DNA from: Candidatus Woesearchaeota archaeon
GTDB lineage: Archaea > Nanobdellota > Nanobdellia > SCGC-AAA011-G17 > JAFCDX01
DNA length: 64,000 bases
Reading direction: 5' to 3'
Assembly (NCBI GenBank): GCA_017609465.1
Contig: JAFCDX010000003.1
Location: 46,712-110,711 of the forward strand
Positions 39,368 to 49,797 of this stretch are shown here, one piece after another. Position 1 is the first letter of the stretch; each line of letters starts with the position of its first letter. The position numbers were made by a program, and so were the translations under genes. Below the pieces are notes generated by a model that saw nothing but the letters and a program-made list of their open reading frames with translations, was not told the DNA's origin and ran no database searches.

Positions 39368-41134
39368 ATGAAAGCAGATAAATTAAGAAAGAAATATCTT
39401 GAATTTTTTAAAATTAAATCTCATGCTATAATACCTTCAGGATCTTTAGTACCTGAAAATGACCCTACAGTTTTATTTACAACAGCCGGTATGCACCCAT
39501 TAGTTCCTTTTTTACTGGGGGAAAAACACCCTTTAGGCAAAAGATTAGCAAATGTTCAAAAATGCATAAGAACAGGGGATATAGAAGAAGTTGGTGATGA
39601 TACTCATTTAACTTTCTTTGAAATGCTTGGAAATTGGTCTTTGGGAGATTATTTCAAGAAAGAGGTCATTAAATGGTCATGGGAATTTTTGACATCGAAA
39701 AAATGGTTAGGACTTGATAAAAATAAGATCGCTATAAGTTGTTTTAAAGGAGATAAAAACGCTTCAAAGGATGTGGAAACAGCAGAAATATGGAAATCAT
39801 TAGGGGTTTCTGAAAAAAGAATAGCATTTCTCCCAAAAGAAGATAATTGGTGGGGCCCAGCAGGAAACACAGGCCCATGTGGTCCAGATACTGAAATGTT
39901 CTATTGGGTAGGGGATGAACAAGCACCAGAAAAATTTGATCCAGAAGATGAAAGATGGGTGGAAATATGGAATGATGTTTTTATGCAATATAATAAAACA
40001 AAAGATGGAAATTATGAAGAACTAAAGCAAAAAAATGTTGATACTGGAATGGGATTGGAAAGAACTGCTGCAATATTGCAAGGAAAAAAATCAGTATATG
40101 AAACAGAATTATTTACTCCAATAATAAAAAAGATTGAAAAATTATCCAAAAAGAAATATGGGGAAAAAGAAAAGGAAACAAGAGCAATAAGGATAATTAC
40201 AGATCATTTAAAAGCCGCTACTTTTATTTTATCAGAAAATGTTGCTCCTTCAAATACTGAGCAGGGTTATGTCCTTAGAAGATTGATAAGAAGATCTATA
40301 AGATATGGGAAAATATTAATGATGCAGAATAATTTTACAAAAGATATTTCAGAAATTATAATTGATATGTATCCTGAATATAAAGAGTTAAAGAAAAATA
40401 AAAATTTTATATTAAAAGAAATAGAAAATGAAGAAAATAGATTCAGGCAAACATTAGCTTCTGGACTAAGATATTTTAATAAAATTATTGAAAATGCAAA
40501 AGGAAAGACAATAAGTGGGAAAGATGCATTTCTTTTATATCAAAGTTATGGTTTTCCAATAGAAATAACTTGGGAACTAGCTAAAGAAAAAAATCTAAAG
40601 GTTGATATGAAAGGATATGAAAAAGAATTCAAAAAACATCAGGAATTAAGCAGAACTGCAACAGAAGGAAAATTTAAGGCGGGTCTTGCAGACAAATCAG
40701 AAGAAACTACGAAACTCCATACTGCAACACATTTATTATTATCTGCATTGAAAAAAGTCTTAGACAAAGAAGATATAATGCAAAAAGGTTCTAATATAAC
40801 AGCTGAAAGATTAAGATTTGATTTTAATTTTGATAGAAAATTAACACAAGAAGAATTGAAAGAAATAGAGGATTTAGTTAATGAAAAAATAAAAGAAAGT
40901 ATTGAAATAAAATGGGAAGAGATTCCACTTGAAGAAGCAAAAAAAAGAAACATTACAGGATCATTTAAACATAAATATGGAGAGAAAGTAAAAGTATATT
41001 CAATAGGGAATTTTTCAAAGGAAATCTGTGGAGGTCCTCATGTAAATAATACAAAAAACCTTGGACATTTCAAAATTAAAAAAGAAGAAAGTGTTTCTGC
41101 CGGAGTAAGAAGAATTAAAGCTGTTTTAGAATGA
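39368..41134 (+). CDS. alaS: Alanine-tRNA ligase (short form lacking C-Ala)
   Basis: LFTTAGM, HLTFFEMLGN, DTGMGLER, HTATHLL, EICGGPHV, GVRRI. Confidence 0.96.
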   Translation: MKADKLRKKYLEFFKIKSHAIIPSGSLVPENDPTVLFTTAGMHPLVPFLLGEKHPLGKRLANVQKCIRTGDIEEVGDDTHLTFFEMLGNWSLGDYFKKEVIKWSWEFLTSKKWLGLDKNKIAISCFKGDKNASKDVETAEIWKSLGVSEKRIAFLPKEDNWWGPAGNTGPCGPDTEMFYWVGDEQAPEKFDPEDERWVEIWNDVFMQYNKTKDGNYEELKQKNVDTGMGLERTAAILQGKKSVYETELFTPIIKKIEKLSKKKYGEKEKETRAIRIITDHLKAATFILSENVAPSNTEQGYVLRRLIRRSIRYGKILMMQNNFTKDISEIIIDMYPEYKELKKNKNFILKEIENEENRFRQTLASGLRYFNKIIENAKGKTISGKDAFLLYQSYGFPIEITWELAKEKNLKVDMKGYEKEFKKHQELSRTATEGKFKAGLADKSEETTKLHTATHLLLSALKKVLDKEDIMQKGSNITAERLRFDFNFDRKLTQEELKEIEDLVNEKIKESIEIKWEEIPLEEAKKRNITGSFKHKYGEKVKVYSIGNFSKEICGGPHVNNTKNLGHFKIKKEESVSAGVRRIKAVLE

Positions 41135-41995
41135 AGTTGAAGCAATTTTTCTTGGTTTTGTTAATTGATTAAATTTTTCAACATAATCTTTAGTAACTTT
41201 TGGTATCTTCCCGGAATACATAAGGTTATAATAAGCTATATTAGGGTCTGTTATTTTATTGTCTATTATATGAGAAGAAAGTGCTCTTCTTACATTTCCC
41301 ACTCCCCAATTATAAGATATTAATGCAAATTCTTTGCTTCTGTGTTTTGCATCAATTCCTTCAAAATAATTAATTAGATTATTAAAATATTTAACCCCAC
41401 AATTCATATTTTTATAAGGATTTTCTAATTCTTCTCTAGACAAACCACAAACTTCTTCTGCAGTTGAAGGTAATAATTGCATTATCCCTACAGCTCCTGC
41501 ATTTGAAGTAATATCATGTATAAAAGAAGATTCTATAATACCCAAAGATATTATGTCTTGTTTAGGGATTCCATATATATCAGATAATTTTTCTATAAAG
41601 GGTTCATATTTTTTAACTCTATTATAATATTTTCCGAAATCAAAAAAATTTATATTTGTTTCTTCATCTTCTTTAGATGATTGTTTTCTAGAGTTATAAG
41701 AATTAATCCCTGGTCTATCCACAAAGGTTACATCAAATTCCTGTTTTTGATTTTCTTTCAAATATTCATTCATATGTAATCTATATGTCAAAGTAATTGT
41801 TTTTGGTTCATCATAAGAATTCCTTTTTTCTATTTTATTCTCTATTGATGTTTTTTCTTTTAAAGAAATATTTTCTTTTTTATCTATTGTATTTGAAAAA
41901 AAAGCAAAACTTGCACTTCCAAAAAAGGCTAAAGCATATAATGCACACCCAAATCTTTTTATATTACTATTTTTAGTTTTATTATTAATTCCCAT
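41126..41995 (-). CDS. Membrane-anchored lytic transglycosylase (SLT domain)
   Basis: IESS (catalytic Glu), SNAGAVGIMQL.P.TA, N..CG..Y, AL.SYN.G.GNV, TKDYV; N-terminal TM. Confidence 0.88.
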   Translation of the reverse strand: MGINNKTKNSNIKRFGCALYALAFFGSASFAFFSNTIDKKENISLKEKTSIENKIEKRNSYDEPKTITLTYRLHMNEYLKENQKQEFDVTFVDRPGINSYNSRKQSSKEDEETNINFFDFGKYYNRVKKYEPFIEKLSDIYGIPKQDIISLGIIESSFIHDITSNAGAVGIMQLLPSTAEEVCGLSREELENPYKNMNCGVKYFNNLINYFEGIDAKHRSKEFALISYNWGVGNVRRALSSHIIDNKITDPNIAYYNLMYSGKIPKVTKDYVEKFNQLTKPRKIASTSF

Positions 41996-42060
41996 ATAAA
42001 AACAGAAGGATTGCTCTTTTTAAACTTTTCTATTGATACTACTTAAGAATAATGAAATTA

Positions 42061-44562
42061 TTATTCTATATAAATTGCTGGTTTTCCTGGTTTTGCTTTC
42101 TTAGATTTGTTTGAAGGGTCATATTTATCCTTGTCGTTTACAGCATAAACTTGAATTTCCAGATCTAATTCGTCTTCTAATAATTCTTTATTTTCATTAA
42201 ACAAACTCTTTTCTTTAGGGATTGAATATATAATCACTTTTTTGGCTTTTTTATTTATTAATTTTAATATCTCATTTATGTCGGATATTGTATTATGCAA
42301 TAATTCCTCTAATTCTTCTGCTTTTTTATTTATTTTATTGGAGTCGAATTTAGGCCATTTTTCCATTGAAATATAATTCTTGTTTCCTATTTTTTCCCAG
42401 AGTTCTTCTGAAATATGGGGACAAAAAGGAGAAAACAATAATATTAAGTCTTTCAAACATTCATGGTATATTTTTTCATTAACTTCTTGTTTTTTATACC
42501 TGTTAATACTATTTACCAATTCCATTAAAGAACCTATTGCCAGACTTAATTTAAAATCATTAATATATTCTGTTACTTGTTTTATGGTTGAATTTGTTTT
42601 TGAGATGATAAATTTATCTTTATTATTAATATCTTTTCTGAATTTTGGTTTATCATTAACCAAATTATAAATCCTGTTTAAAAATTTGAAAGAGCCCTCA
42701 ACTCCTTTATCATTCCATTCAAGTTCTCTCTCGGGCAATGCTGCAAATAAAATAAATAATCTTGCTGTATCAGGCCCATATTTGTCTATTATCCAAGAAG
42801 GATCAACTACATTTCCAAGAGATTTTGACATCTTTGCACCATCTTTAGTTACCATTCCTTGCGTAAGCAATCTTGTAAAAGGCTCGCTAACTTTTGTTAA
42901 TTTCAAATCTCTTAATACTTTTGTGAAAAATCTTGCATATAATAAATGAAGTATCGCATGCTCTATACCTCCTATATATTGATTTACAGGCATAAAATAT
43001 TCTGCTCCTTTTGAAAAAGGTAATTTGTTTTCCTTTGAATCGCAGAATCTGAAGAAATACCATGAAGAATCAACAAAAGTATCCATTGTATCTGTTTCTC
43101 TTTTAGCTTCTCCCTTACATTTAGGGCATTTTACATTAACAAAGGATCCAGAAGTTAATAATGGATTTCCTTCTCCTGTGAATTTAACATCTTTTGGTAA
43201 TTTAACAGGCAAATTCTTTTCAGGAACAGGAACAACTCCACATTTACCACAATAAATAATAGGTATTGGTGTTCCCCAATATCTTTGTCTTGATATTAAC
43301 CAGTCTCTTAACTTGTATTGTACTGTTTTTTTTCCTAATTTATTCTTTTCAATGTATTTTGTTATATAATCAATTGCATCCTTATTATTTAATCCATTGA
43401 ATTCTCCTGAATTAATTAATTTTCCCTCCCCTATATAAGCTCTATCCATTTTTTTTTCATTTAAATCAAAATCAGAAGAGGAAATTACAACCTTTATAGG
43501 AATTTTATATTTTTTTGCAAATTCAAAATCTCTCTGGTCATGTGCAGGAACTGCCATTATCATTCCTGTGCCATAATCAAGTAAAACAAAATTAGCAATA
43601 TATATTGGGATTTTCTCATTGTTTAATGGATTAACTGCATACTTTCCTATGAACATACCTTTTTTCTCTGATTCTTCTGAGGTTCTCTCAAATTTTTCCT
43701 TTATAACAACTTCATTAATGAATTTCTTTACATCTTTTTCATATTTTGTTCCTTTTACTAATTCCAAGACCTTTGGATGTTCTGGAGCAAATACCATGAA
43801 TGTAACCCCATATAATGTATCTGGTCTTGTTGTAAAAACAGGTAAATTTTCATCTGTATCTTTTAATTTAAAATTGACAAGGGTTCCCTCTGATTTTCCA
43901 ATCCAATTTTTTTGCATTATTTTAACTTTTTCAGGCCAATCCCTTAATTTATCCAAATCATTTAATAATTCTTTCGCATATTTTGTTATCTTGAAAAACC
44001 ACTGCTCTAAATCTTTAATTTCAACTTCTGATGAACATCTCCAGCATTTTCCATCAATAACTTGTTCATTAGCAAGCACAGTTTTACAACTAGGACACCA
44101 ATTAACAGGAGATTTTTTTCTATAAGCCAGTCCTTTTTCAAACATTTTTAAGAATATCCATTGATTCCATTTGTAATAACTTTCTCTATGAGAAGCAATT
44201 TCTCTTGACCAATCATAACTTAATCCTATGGATTTTTGCTGTCTCTTTATTGCTTTTATATTTGACTCTGTCCATTCTCTTGGATCTGCTTTGTTTTTTA
44301 TTGCTGCATTTTCAGCAGGAAGCCCGAAAGAATCATAACCCATTGGATAAAGAACATTAAAACAATTCATCCTCATAAATCTTGCAATACAATCTCCAAT
44401 AGAATAATTTCTCAAATGACCAATATGCAATGTTGCTGAAGGATAAGGGTACATTTCCAAAACATAATACTTTTGTTTATTTTTAGAAATCTTTGTAGCA
44501 AAGATATTATCTTTTTCCCATCTATTCTGCCATTTCTTTGCTATCTTATTAAAATCAACCAT
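42061..44562 (-). CDS. leuS: Leucine-tRNA ligase (bacterial-type core)
   Basis: [53 protein letters not shown]. Confidence 0.96.
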   Translation of the reverse strand: MVDFNKIAKKWQNRWEKDNIFATKISKNKQKYYVLEMYPYPSATLHIGHLRNYSIGDCIARFMRMNCFNVLYPMGYDSFGLPAENAAIKNKADPREWTESNIKAIKRQQKSIGLSYDWSREIASHRESYYKWNQWIFLKMFEKGLAYRKKSPVNWCPSCKTVLANEQVIDGKCWRCSSEVEIKDLEQWFFKITKYAKELLNDLDKLRDWPEKVKIMQKNWIGKSEGTLVNFKLKDTDENLPVFTTRPDTLYGVTFMVFAPEHPKVLELVKGTKYEKDVKKFINEVVIKEKFERTSEESEKKGMFIGKYAVNPLNNEKIPIYIANFVLLDYGTGMIMAVPAHDQRDFEFAKKYKIPIKVVISSSDFDLNEKKMDRAYIGEGKLINSGEFNGLNNKDAIDYITKYIEKNKLGKKTVQYKLRDWLISRQRYWGTPIPIIYCGKCGVVPVPEKNLPVKLPKDVKFTGEGNPLLTSGSFVNVKCPKCKGEAKRETDTMDTFVDSSWYFFRFCDSKENKLPFSKGAEYFMPVNQYIGGIEHAILHLLYARFFTKVLRDLKLTKVSEPFTRLLTQGMVTKDGAKMSKSLGNVVDPSWIIDKYGPDTARLFILFAALPERELEWNDKGVEGSFKFLNRIYNLVNDKPKFRKDINNKDKFIISKTNSTIKQVTEYINDFKLSLAIGSLMELVNSINRYKKQEVNEKIYHECLKDLILLFSPFCPHISEELWEKIGNKNYISMEKWPKFDSNKINKKAEELEELLHNTISDINEILKLINKKAKKVIIYSIPKEKSLFNENKELLEDELDLEIQVYAVNDKDKYDPSNKSKKAKPGKPAIYIE

Positions 44563-44596
44563 AATAGAAATTTAATTAATATTTATTTAAAGTTTT

Positions 44597-44923
44597 TTAT
44601 TGTAATTTCTTCTCTAAATCTTCCTTTATCTCAGATAAACGTTCCTCTAAGGGTATTTTTACTTCTCTAGTCTCTGAACCTTTAATTTTAACTCTCTTTT
44701 TAAATTTAAAATCTTTTGGTATTGAATTATCAAATATTATATTATATCCTTTTTCTAACAAAGCGTACAATTTATTATAAAGGCCCTTTTCAGTATATGT
44801 AACCCCCACTTTATGAAATCCATTCCCATTCACATGATTTTCTTCTTTATTTCTTTTTAAAATCATGAATTTCTCGTCTTTTGAAGCGTCATATATTATT
44901 TTTACTTCTTTATAATTTGGCAT
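44597..44923 (-). CDS. Hypothetical protein
   Basis: 108-aa ORF with host-like composition. Confidence 0.6.
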   Translation of the reverse strand: MPNYKEVKIIYDASKDEKFMILKRNKEENHVNGNGFHKVGVTYTEKGLYNKLYALLEKGYNIIFDNSIPKDFKFKKRVKIKGSETREVKIPLEERLSEIKEDLEKKLQ

Positions 44924-44998
44924 AGAAATTTACTTGAAAGTGAATATATTTAAAAGTTTTGAAAAGGTTTTTAAATAGCTAATTTACTTAATTTCTAT

Positions 44999-45073
44999 GG
45001 GCCTGTAGCTTAGTCTGGATAGAGCACTGGCCTTCTAAGCCAGGGGTCGTGGGTTCGAATCCCTCCAGGCCCG
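44999..45073 (+). tRNA. tRNA-Arg(TCT)
   Basis: GGGCCTG/CAGGCCC; CTGGC-CTTCTAA-GCCAG; TTCGAAT. Confidence 0.95.
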
Positions 45074-45075
45074 TT

Positions 45076-45148
45076 GCGCACGTGGCGAAGTGGTTAACGC
45101 GGTCGGCTGCAACCCGACTATTCCCAGGTTCAAATCCTGGCGTGCGCT
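45076..45148 (+). tRNA. tRNA-Cys(GCA)
   Basis: GCGCACG/CGTGCGC, U73; GTCGG-CTGCAAC-CCGAC; 2 nt after tRNA-Arg. Confidence 0.95.
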
Positions 45149-45194
45149 TAAAACAAAATAAATATAAATAATTAATTATTTATTAATATAAAAG

Positions 45195-45743
45195 ATGGTG
45201 ATGAATTTTACTGAAGTTTTGATAAATAGAGAAGTTTATGCCGAACAACTAATTAATAGGTTCTTGGATATAGTATTGGCACCTTATAATCATCCAGAGA
45301 TGTTGTGGATAGCTATTCCTTTATTGATAACAATATTTCTTATGGAATTTTATTTTGGGAAATACAAAAAGGAAGAATTGGGTTGGAATACTGCTTATGG
45401 TAATGCAATTGTATTAATATTTGTAGCGGTTGATTTGGTTAGGCATGTATATAATCTTGGAGATTTATTCTCATTTCATTTTAAGACACTTATTATAGGA
45501 CTTCTAATAATTGATGGGGTAATCCTTGTATTGATAGATTTTTATCATCTTTTGCCAAAGACATTTGCATTTGGGTTGTCATCAAAGCTTCCAATTAATT
45601 TTTTGGCATATTGTGCAATAATATTTGTTTATACAAATATCTCTCCAACTATAATAACTTTAGCTGCTTTACTCTTATTTTTAATAGCAATCTTCACAAT
45701 TATGAAGATAATAGATTTAATGGAAATAGAAGAAAAAAATTAA
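45195..45743 (+). CDS. Polytopic membrane protein
   Basis: About 5 TM helices; MEFYFG.Y..EELGWNTA.GN motif. Confidence 0.7.
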   Translation: MVMNFTEVLINREVYAEQLINRFLDIVLAPYNHPEMLWIAIPLLITIFLMEFYFGKYKKEELGWNTAYGNAIVLIFVAVDLVRHVYNLGDLFSFHFKTLIIGLLIIDGVILVLIDFYHLLPKTFAFGLSSKLPINFLAYCAIIFVYTNISPTIITLAALLLFLIAIFTIMKIIDLMEIEEKN

Positions 45744-47290
45744 AATTCTCTAACGCCACCAGAGAAAAATATTAATTTCACGAAATAAACTATCAATAAC
45801 AACAATACAATTATACCCAATATCCAAAATATGCTTGTTAATGTATTTTTGCTAAATACTTTATCAAAGAATGACTTTTCTTCAAATACAGCCCCTCCTG
45901 TTCCTGGGAACCCTGTGCTTGAAACATTTATGGTAACTGTATCTGTTGATTCTTCCGAACCATCGCTAACTCTCAATTTAAAAACATAAGTCCCTTCTTT
46001 GTCAAGTCTTGCTGTTGCTATCTTCGAAGTTGGATTTTGTAATTCAACCGCCAATCCTGATTCCTGAGACCATAAATAAGTCAATGCATCATCGTCTGCA
46101 TCTGAACTTTCAGAAGCATCTAATGTAACTGTGGTTCCAGAAGCAACTGTTTGTGATGAACCTGCATCTGCAACAGGTGCTGTATTTGTTTCACATTTAA
46201 TATTTATTGTTGCAAAATCAGATTTTGTTTTGTCGTCATCATCATAATAAATTACAGCCTCCAATGAATATTCTTTTGAATCAACATCTTCAGGGATATC
46301 AACTGTAACTATTTTTGTATCATCATCAGATTCGTCAAGGTCAAATCTTAATGTTTGTCCTGAAAGAACCCCTGTGGAATCCTTAACTTTTATATATACA
46401 TCTTCTTCATCGTTTTCACCTATGTTTTCAACAAATACTCTAACATCAAAGCTTTCTTCACATGTAAGTGTCTGAGGGATTATTTCTTCAATATCTATTG
46501 AAACATCATGAGCTCTCTTGTCTATGTCAAAATCATCATATTTTACATAATCGCAGTTTATATCTTCATCTCCGCTTTCATAAACTCTCATAAATATTAT
46601 GATATCGTTATCAATATCCACATCATTTGGTATTTCTAATTCAATTAAAATATCTTCTTCCTCTTCACCTTCATCCAAATCAAATTCAGGATAAGCAACC
46701 CAATCAGTTAATTCTTCTCCTTCTGTTAAGTCAAATAACATAGCTTCAAAAACAATATCTGCTATATCATCATCACCATCATTGCTTACCTTTGCTTCTA
46801 CTTCCAATATATCTCCAGGATAGAAATCATCTGTATGGTCTCTTACTTCAAAATCATATATATCTAAATCACCAACGATTCCATCTTCACATACCTCTGG
46901 ATTAACAAAAATTTCTAAATCAAAAGTGTCTGACATCCCTCCGACAGACAAGTTAATCTCGCCATCATAAAGGCCTTCATCCATTCTACTATCAATTGTA
47001 GCAGTTACCTTTGCAGTTATTGAACCTCCTGCAGGTATTGATCCTAGATCAGAAAATGCCAATGCGATAACATCGTCATCATCATCTTCAAAATCACTTT
47101 CATCATAAATAAAATTGGATTCTGAGACTGTTATAGAACTTGTTCCTGTATTTTGTATTTCAAATGTAGCCTCAACAACATCTTCTACTTGTCCTTCCAT
47201 TTCCACAGAACCAGTATCAACATTTAATGTAGCCATGGCAAAACTCAAAGTAAATAAAATTGCTATTAAAAACGTAAATAATTTTTTCAT
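45740..47290 (-). CDS. Acidic putative S-layer/surface protein (Ig/CARDB + PKD, C-terminal TM)
   Basis: Signal peptide; highly acidic; N.G...E motifs; NTAPVADAG..LDAS.S.D PKD domain; TGG motif + TM. Confidence 0.75.
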   Translation of the reverse strand: MKKLFTFLIAILFTLSFAMATLNVDTGSVEMEGQVEDVVEATFEIQNTGTSSITVSESNFIYDESDFEDDDDDVIALAFSDLGSIPAGGSITAKVTATIDSRMDEGLYDGEINLSVGGMSDTFDLEIFVNPEVCEDGIVGDLDIYDFEVRDHTDDFYPGDILEVEAKVSNDGDDDIADIVFEAMLFDLTEGEELTDWVAYPEFDLDEGEEEEDILIELEIPNDVDIDNDIIIFMRVYESGDEDINCDYVKYDDFDIDKRAHDVSIDIEEIIPQTLTCEESFDVRVFVENIGENDEEDVYIKVKDSTGVLSGQTLRFDLDESDDDTKIVTVDIPEDVDSKEYSLEAVIYYDDDDKTKSDFATINIKCETNTAPVADAGSSQTVASGTTVTLDASESSDADDDALTYLWSQESGLAVELQNPTSKIATARLDKEGTYVFKLRVSDGSEESTDTVTINVSSTGFPGTGGAVFEEKSFFDKVFSKNTLTSIFWILGIIVLLLLIVYFVKLIFFSGGVREF

Positions 47291-47396
47291 TATATTGAAA
47301 CCCCCTTAAACCTCTATTTTGTTGCTATCCTTGAGGAATAAATAATATTTAAATCTTTTTGTTTTATATTTTATAGAAAGGTTTTTAAAACTAACT

Positions 47397-47921
47397 ATGG
47401 CAATCAAGTATGAATATAATTTGATTTTAAGGATGATTTTTCTTCTTACTCCTATCAAGATATTTGAAATAATATTTAGACCATTAACAATATATTCTTC
47501 ATACTTCTTATTTTATGTATTTAATCTTAATCCCTATTTATTTGAAAATTCAATAGCTATAAAAGATTCCTATTTAATATTCAGTTCTGCCTGTATTGCG
47601 GCGCCGGCATACTTTTTACTAATGTTTCTTATTGTTACAACAAAGGATATTAAATTTGAGAGAAGAATATTCTCTTTTTTAATTGGTTCTTTATTAATAT
47701 TAATAATGAATGTAATAAGGATATTTATACTGGGTATTATATTGGTCTATTATGGAATTGATTTATTTAATGCCATTCATCTATTGTTCTGGAGTTTGAT
47801 ATCAGGGGTATATGTGGCAGTAGTGTGGATTTTCATTGTATATTATATGAAAATAAAATCAATACCTATATATGATGATATAAAATACCTATACAGAAAA
47901 AGTTTATTAAAAAAGAATTAA
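47397..47921 (+). CDS. Archaeosortase/exosortase family (pacearchaeosortase-like)
   Basis: Multi-TM; AC.A..AY (Cys), N..RI (Arg), F..IH..FW (His). Confidence 0.8.
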   Translation: MAIKYEYNLILRMIFLLTPIKIFEIIFRPLTIYSSYFLFYVFNLNPYLFENSIAIKDSYLIFSSACIAAPAYFLLMFLIVTTKDIKFERRIFSFLIGSLLILIMNVIRIFILGIILVYYGIDLFNAIHLLFWSLISGVYVAVVWIFIVYYMKIKSIPIYDDIKYLYRKSLLKKN

Positions 47922-48502
47922 CTTCTTGACTTCCTATATCTTTTAATTGAAAAATAAAATAATATCAATAATAAAACTCCAATTATGGATAATATATCAA
48001 AATAATTTGTAAGTATATTTAATATTATCTCCCCAAATAATAATATTAAAAATGCTTCTATAAAGAATCTTAAACCTCTGCTAAGAAAAGATGCAATAAC
48101 AAATTTTTTGAAATTAACATAAAAAACCCCTGCTGATATTGTAAATACCTTATAAGGTATTGGCGTAAAACCTGCAACAAAGATTGCCCAAGCTTCATAT
48201 TTTTGGAATAAGTTGTGAACTTTCTGTATTTTCTTCTTTGAAACAAACTTTTCTAGGATATAATGCCCCCCATAATATCCAATCCAATAACCTACAATAC
48301 CCCCTAAAACAGAACCTATTGTAGCTACAAGAGCATACAACAATGCCATCCCTGGATCTATCAAAGAGAGGGTTATTAATAATATATCAGGAGGAATTGG
48401 AAAAAATATGGCTTCTATAAAAGCCAATGAAAATAAACCAAAGATTCCATAAGGAAGAAATATGTTTTTTGTCCACTCTAATAAATTTTCCACAAAACTC
48501 AT
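47918..48502 (-). CDS. YqaA/DedA (VTT) membrane protein
   Basis: F.EA.FFPIPPD, SVLGG..GY, AGFTPIPYKVFTI.AG, R..RF. Confidence 0.92.
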   Translation of the reverse strand: MSFVENLLEWTKNIFLPYGIFGLFSLAFIEAIFFPIPPDILLITLSLIDPGMALLYALVATIGSVLGGIVGYWIGYYGGHYILEKFVSKKKIQKVHNLFQKYEAWAIFVAGFTPIPYKVFTISAGVFYVNFKKFVIASFLSRGLRFFIEAFLILLFGEIILNILTNYFDILSIIGVLLLILFYFSIKRYRKSRS

Positions 48503-48582
48503 TTAAAACATTCCTCTTCAGTTTCTTTAATATAAGCATCACAATTCCCAGGATGCCAATAAAGCATACTAGTTTTATCCAT
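48499..48582 (-). CDS. Putative 27-aa microprotein
   Basis: GGAGG SD; MDKTSMLYWHPGNCDAYIKETEEECFK; stop overlaps the yqaA ATG (ATGA). Confidence 0.4.
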   Translation of the reverse strand: MDKTSMLYWHPGNCDAYIKETEEECFK

Positions 48583-48594
48583 TTATACCTCCAT

Positions 48595-49464
48595 TCATTT
48601 AGATTCCCCTTGCAAAATTATTATATCCTCTGTTGTTAATTTTTTCTTTTTTCTGAATTTGTCAATTACACGATTGGTTCTTTCCCTGAAAGATTTGCTA
48701 AATTTCTTTTGTTTTGCTTTGGCAACTTTTCTATCATGCTTATCTAATTTATATTTAAGATTGCTTGCCTGCTTTAATCTTATTTTTAACCTATTATTTA
48801 CATTCAAGAACTCTTTTTTATAAGACACAAAACTATTGAATGCATCCTGCTGCATATTTCTTAATTCATTTATTTTTCTTGATAAATCTATAAATTGTGA
48901 GTACCCTCCTTTTCCTTTTACAGTCTCTATAAATCTTTTGTGAAATTCATTTGCCTTTGTTTTTGTTTCTGAGACCTCTTTGGAAATTTTATCTATTTTT
49001 TCAATAAGCTCTTTCATTTTGCTTCCTTCATAAATATTTTTTAATTCCTTTAGTTTTTTCATAAGTTTCTTCTCGTTTTCAAAGGAAGTCTCTGTTTCAA
49101 GCCTTGTTTCTATTGCTTCTATCCTTTTTTGTATCTTATAAGGGTCTTCCTTTATTTTATGTTTTTTGAAAATTTCAATTTTTTCCTTATTTAATCTTTG
49201 AAGCTTATTTATAAGAACTTTCATATAATCATTATACTTGTCTCTCTGTTGTTTTAATTCATTAATATCCATATTGGATTTGTCATTTGTTTGTTTTATT
49301 TCCCTTATCTCAGAAATCAAGTAAGAAATCTCTTTTTTCAGATTTTCTTTTTTTTCAAACCAAAATTCCTTGTTCTTGTTGGATTCATCCAATCTTTTTC
49401 TCAGATTGGAAATCTCATTAATCAAATCCTTATACTCTTTTCTTAATTGTTCAATATCTCGCAT
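48595..49464 (-). CDS. Archaeal coiled-coil protein (COG1340-like)
   Basis: Long heptad repeats; E.E.KL; KF.KKKKLTTEDI end. Confidence 0.75.
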   Translation of the reverse strand: MRDIEQLRKEYKDLINEISNLRKRLDESNKNKEFWFEKKENLKKEISYLISEIREIKQTNDKSNMDINELKQQRDKYNDYMKVLINKLQRLNKEKIEIFKKHKIKEDPYKIQKRIEAIETRLETETSFENEKKLMKKLKELKNIYEGSKMKELIEKIDKISKEVSETKTKANEFHKRFIETVKGKGGYSQFIDLSRKINELRNMQQDAFNSFVSYKKEFLNVNNRLKIRLKQASNLKYKLDKHDRKVAKAKQKKFSKSFRERTNRVIDKFRKKKKLTTEDIIILQGESK

Positions 49465-49485
49465 TTTAAAAAAAGAGAGCAGGGT

Positions 49486-49779
49486 TCAGCCAAATAGTGA
49501 TCCTAAACCTGCTGCAGCTTCTTTAGTTTCTTCTTCTTTCTCTTCCTTAGGTTCTTCTTTAACTTCTGCTTTTTCTGTAGTTCCTGCCGGAGCTGCTGTT
49601 GGCATTACTGCTTGCTTGATTGCTTCTTCAATATCAACACCATCCAATGCAGCAACCAATGCTTTAATCTCTGCTTCGGTTTTCTGTATCCCTACAGATT
49701 CTAGAACCTTTTTTATGTTTTCTTCATTTATTTCTTTTCCTGCTTTGTGTAGCAAAATTGCAGCATATATCAATTCCAT
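49486..49779 (-). CDS. rpl12: Ribosomal stalk protein P1 (L12p)
   Basis: [28 protein letters not shown]. Confidence 0.97.
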   Translation of the reverse strand: MELIYAAILLHKAGKEINEENIKKVLESVGIQKTEAEIKALVAALDGVDIEEAIKQAVMPTAAPAGTTEKAEVKEEPKEEKEEETKEAAAGLGSLFG

Positions 49780-49797
49780 TTTATACCTCCATTATGA

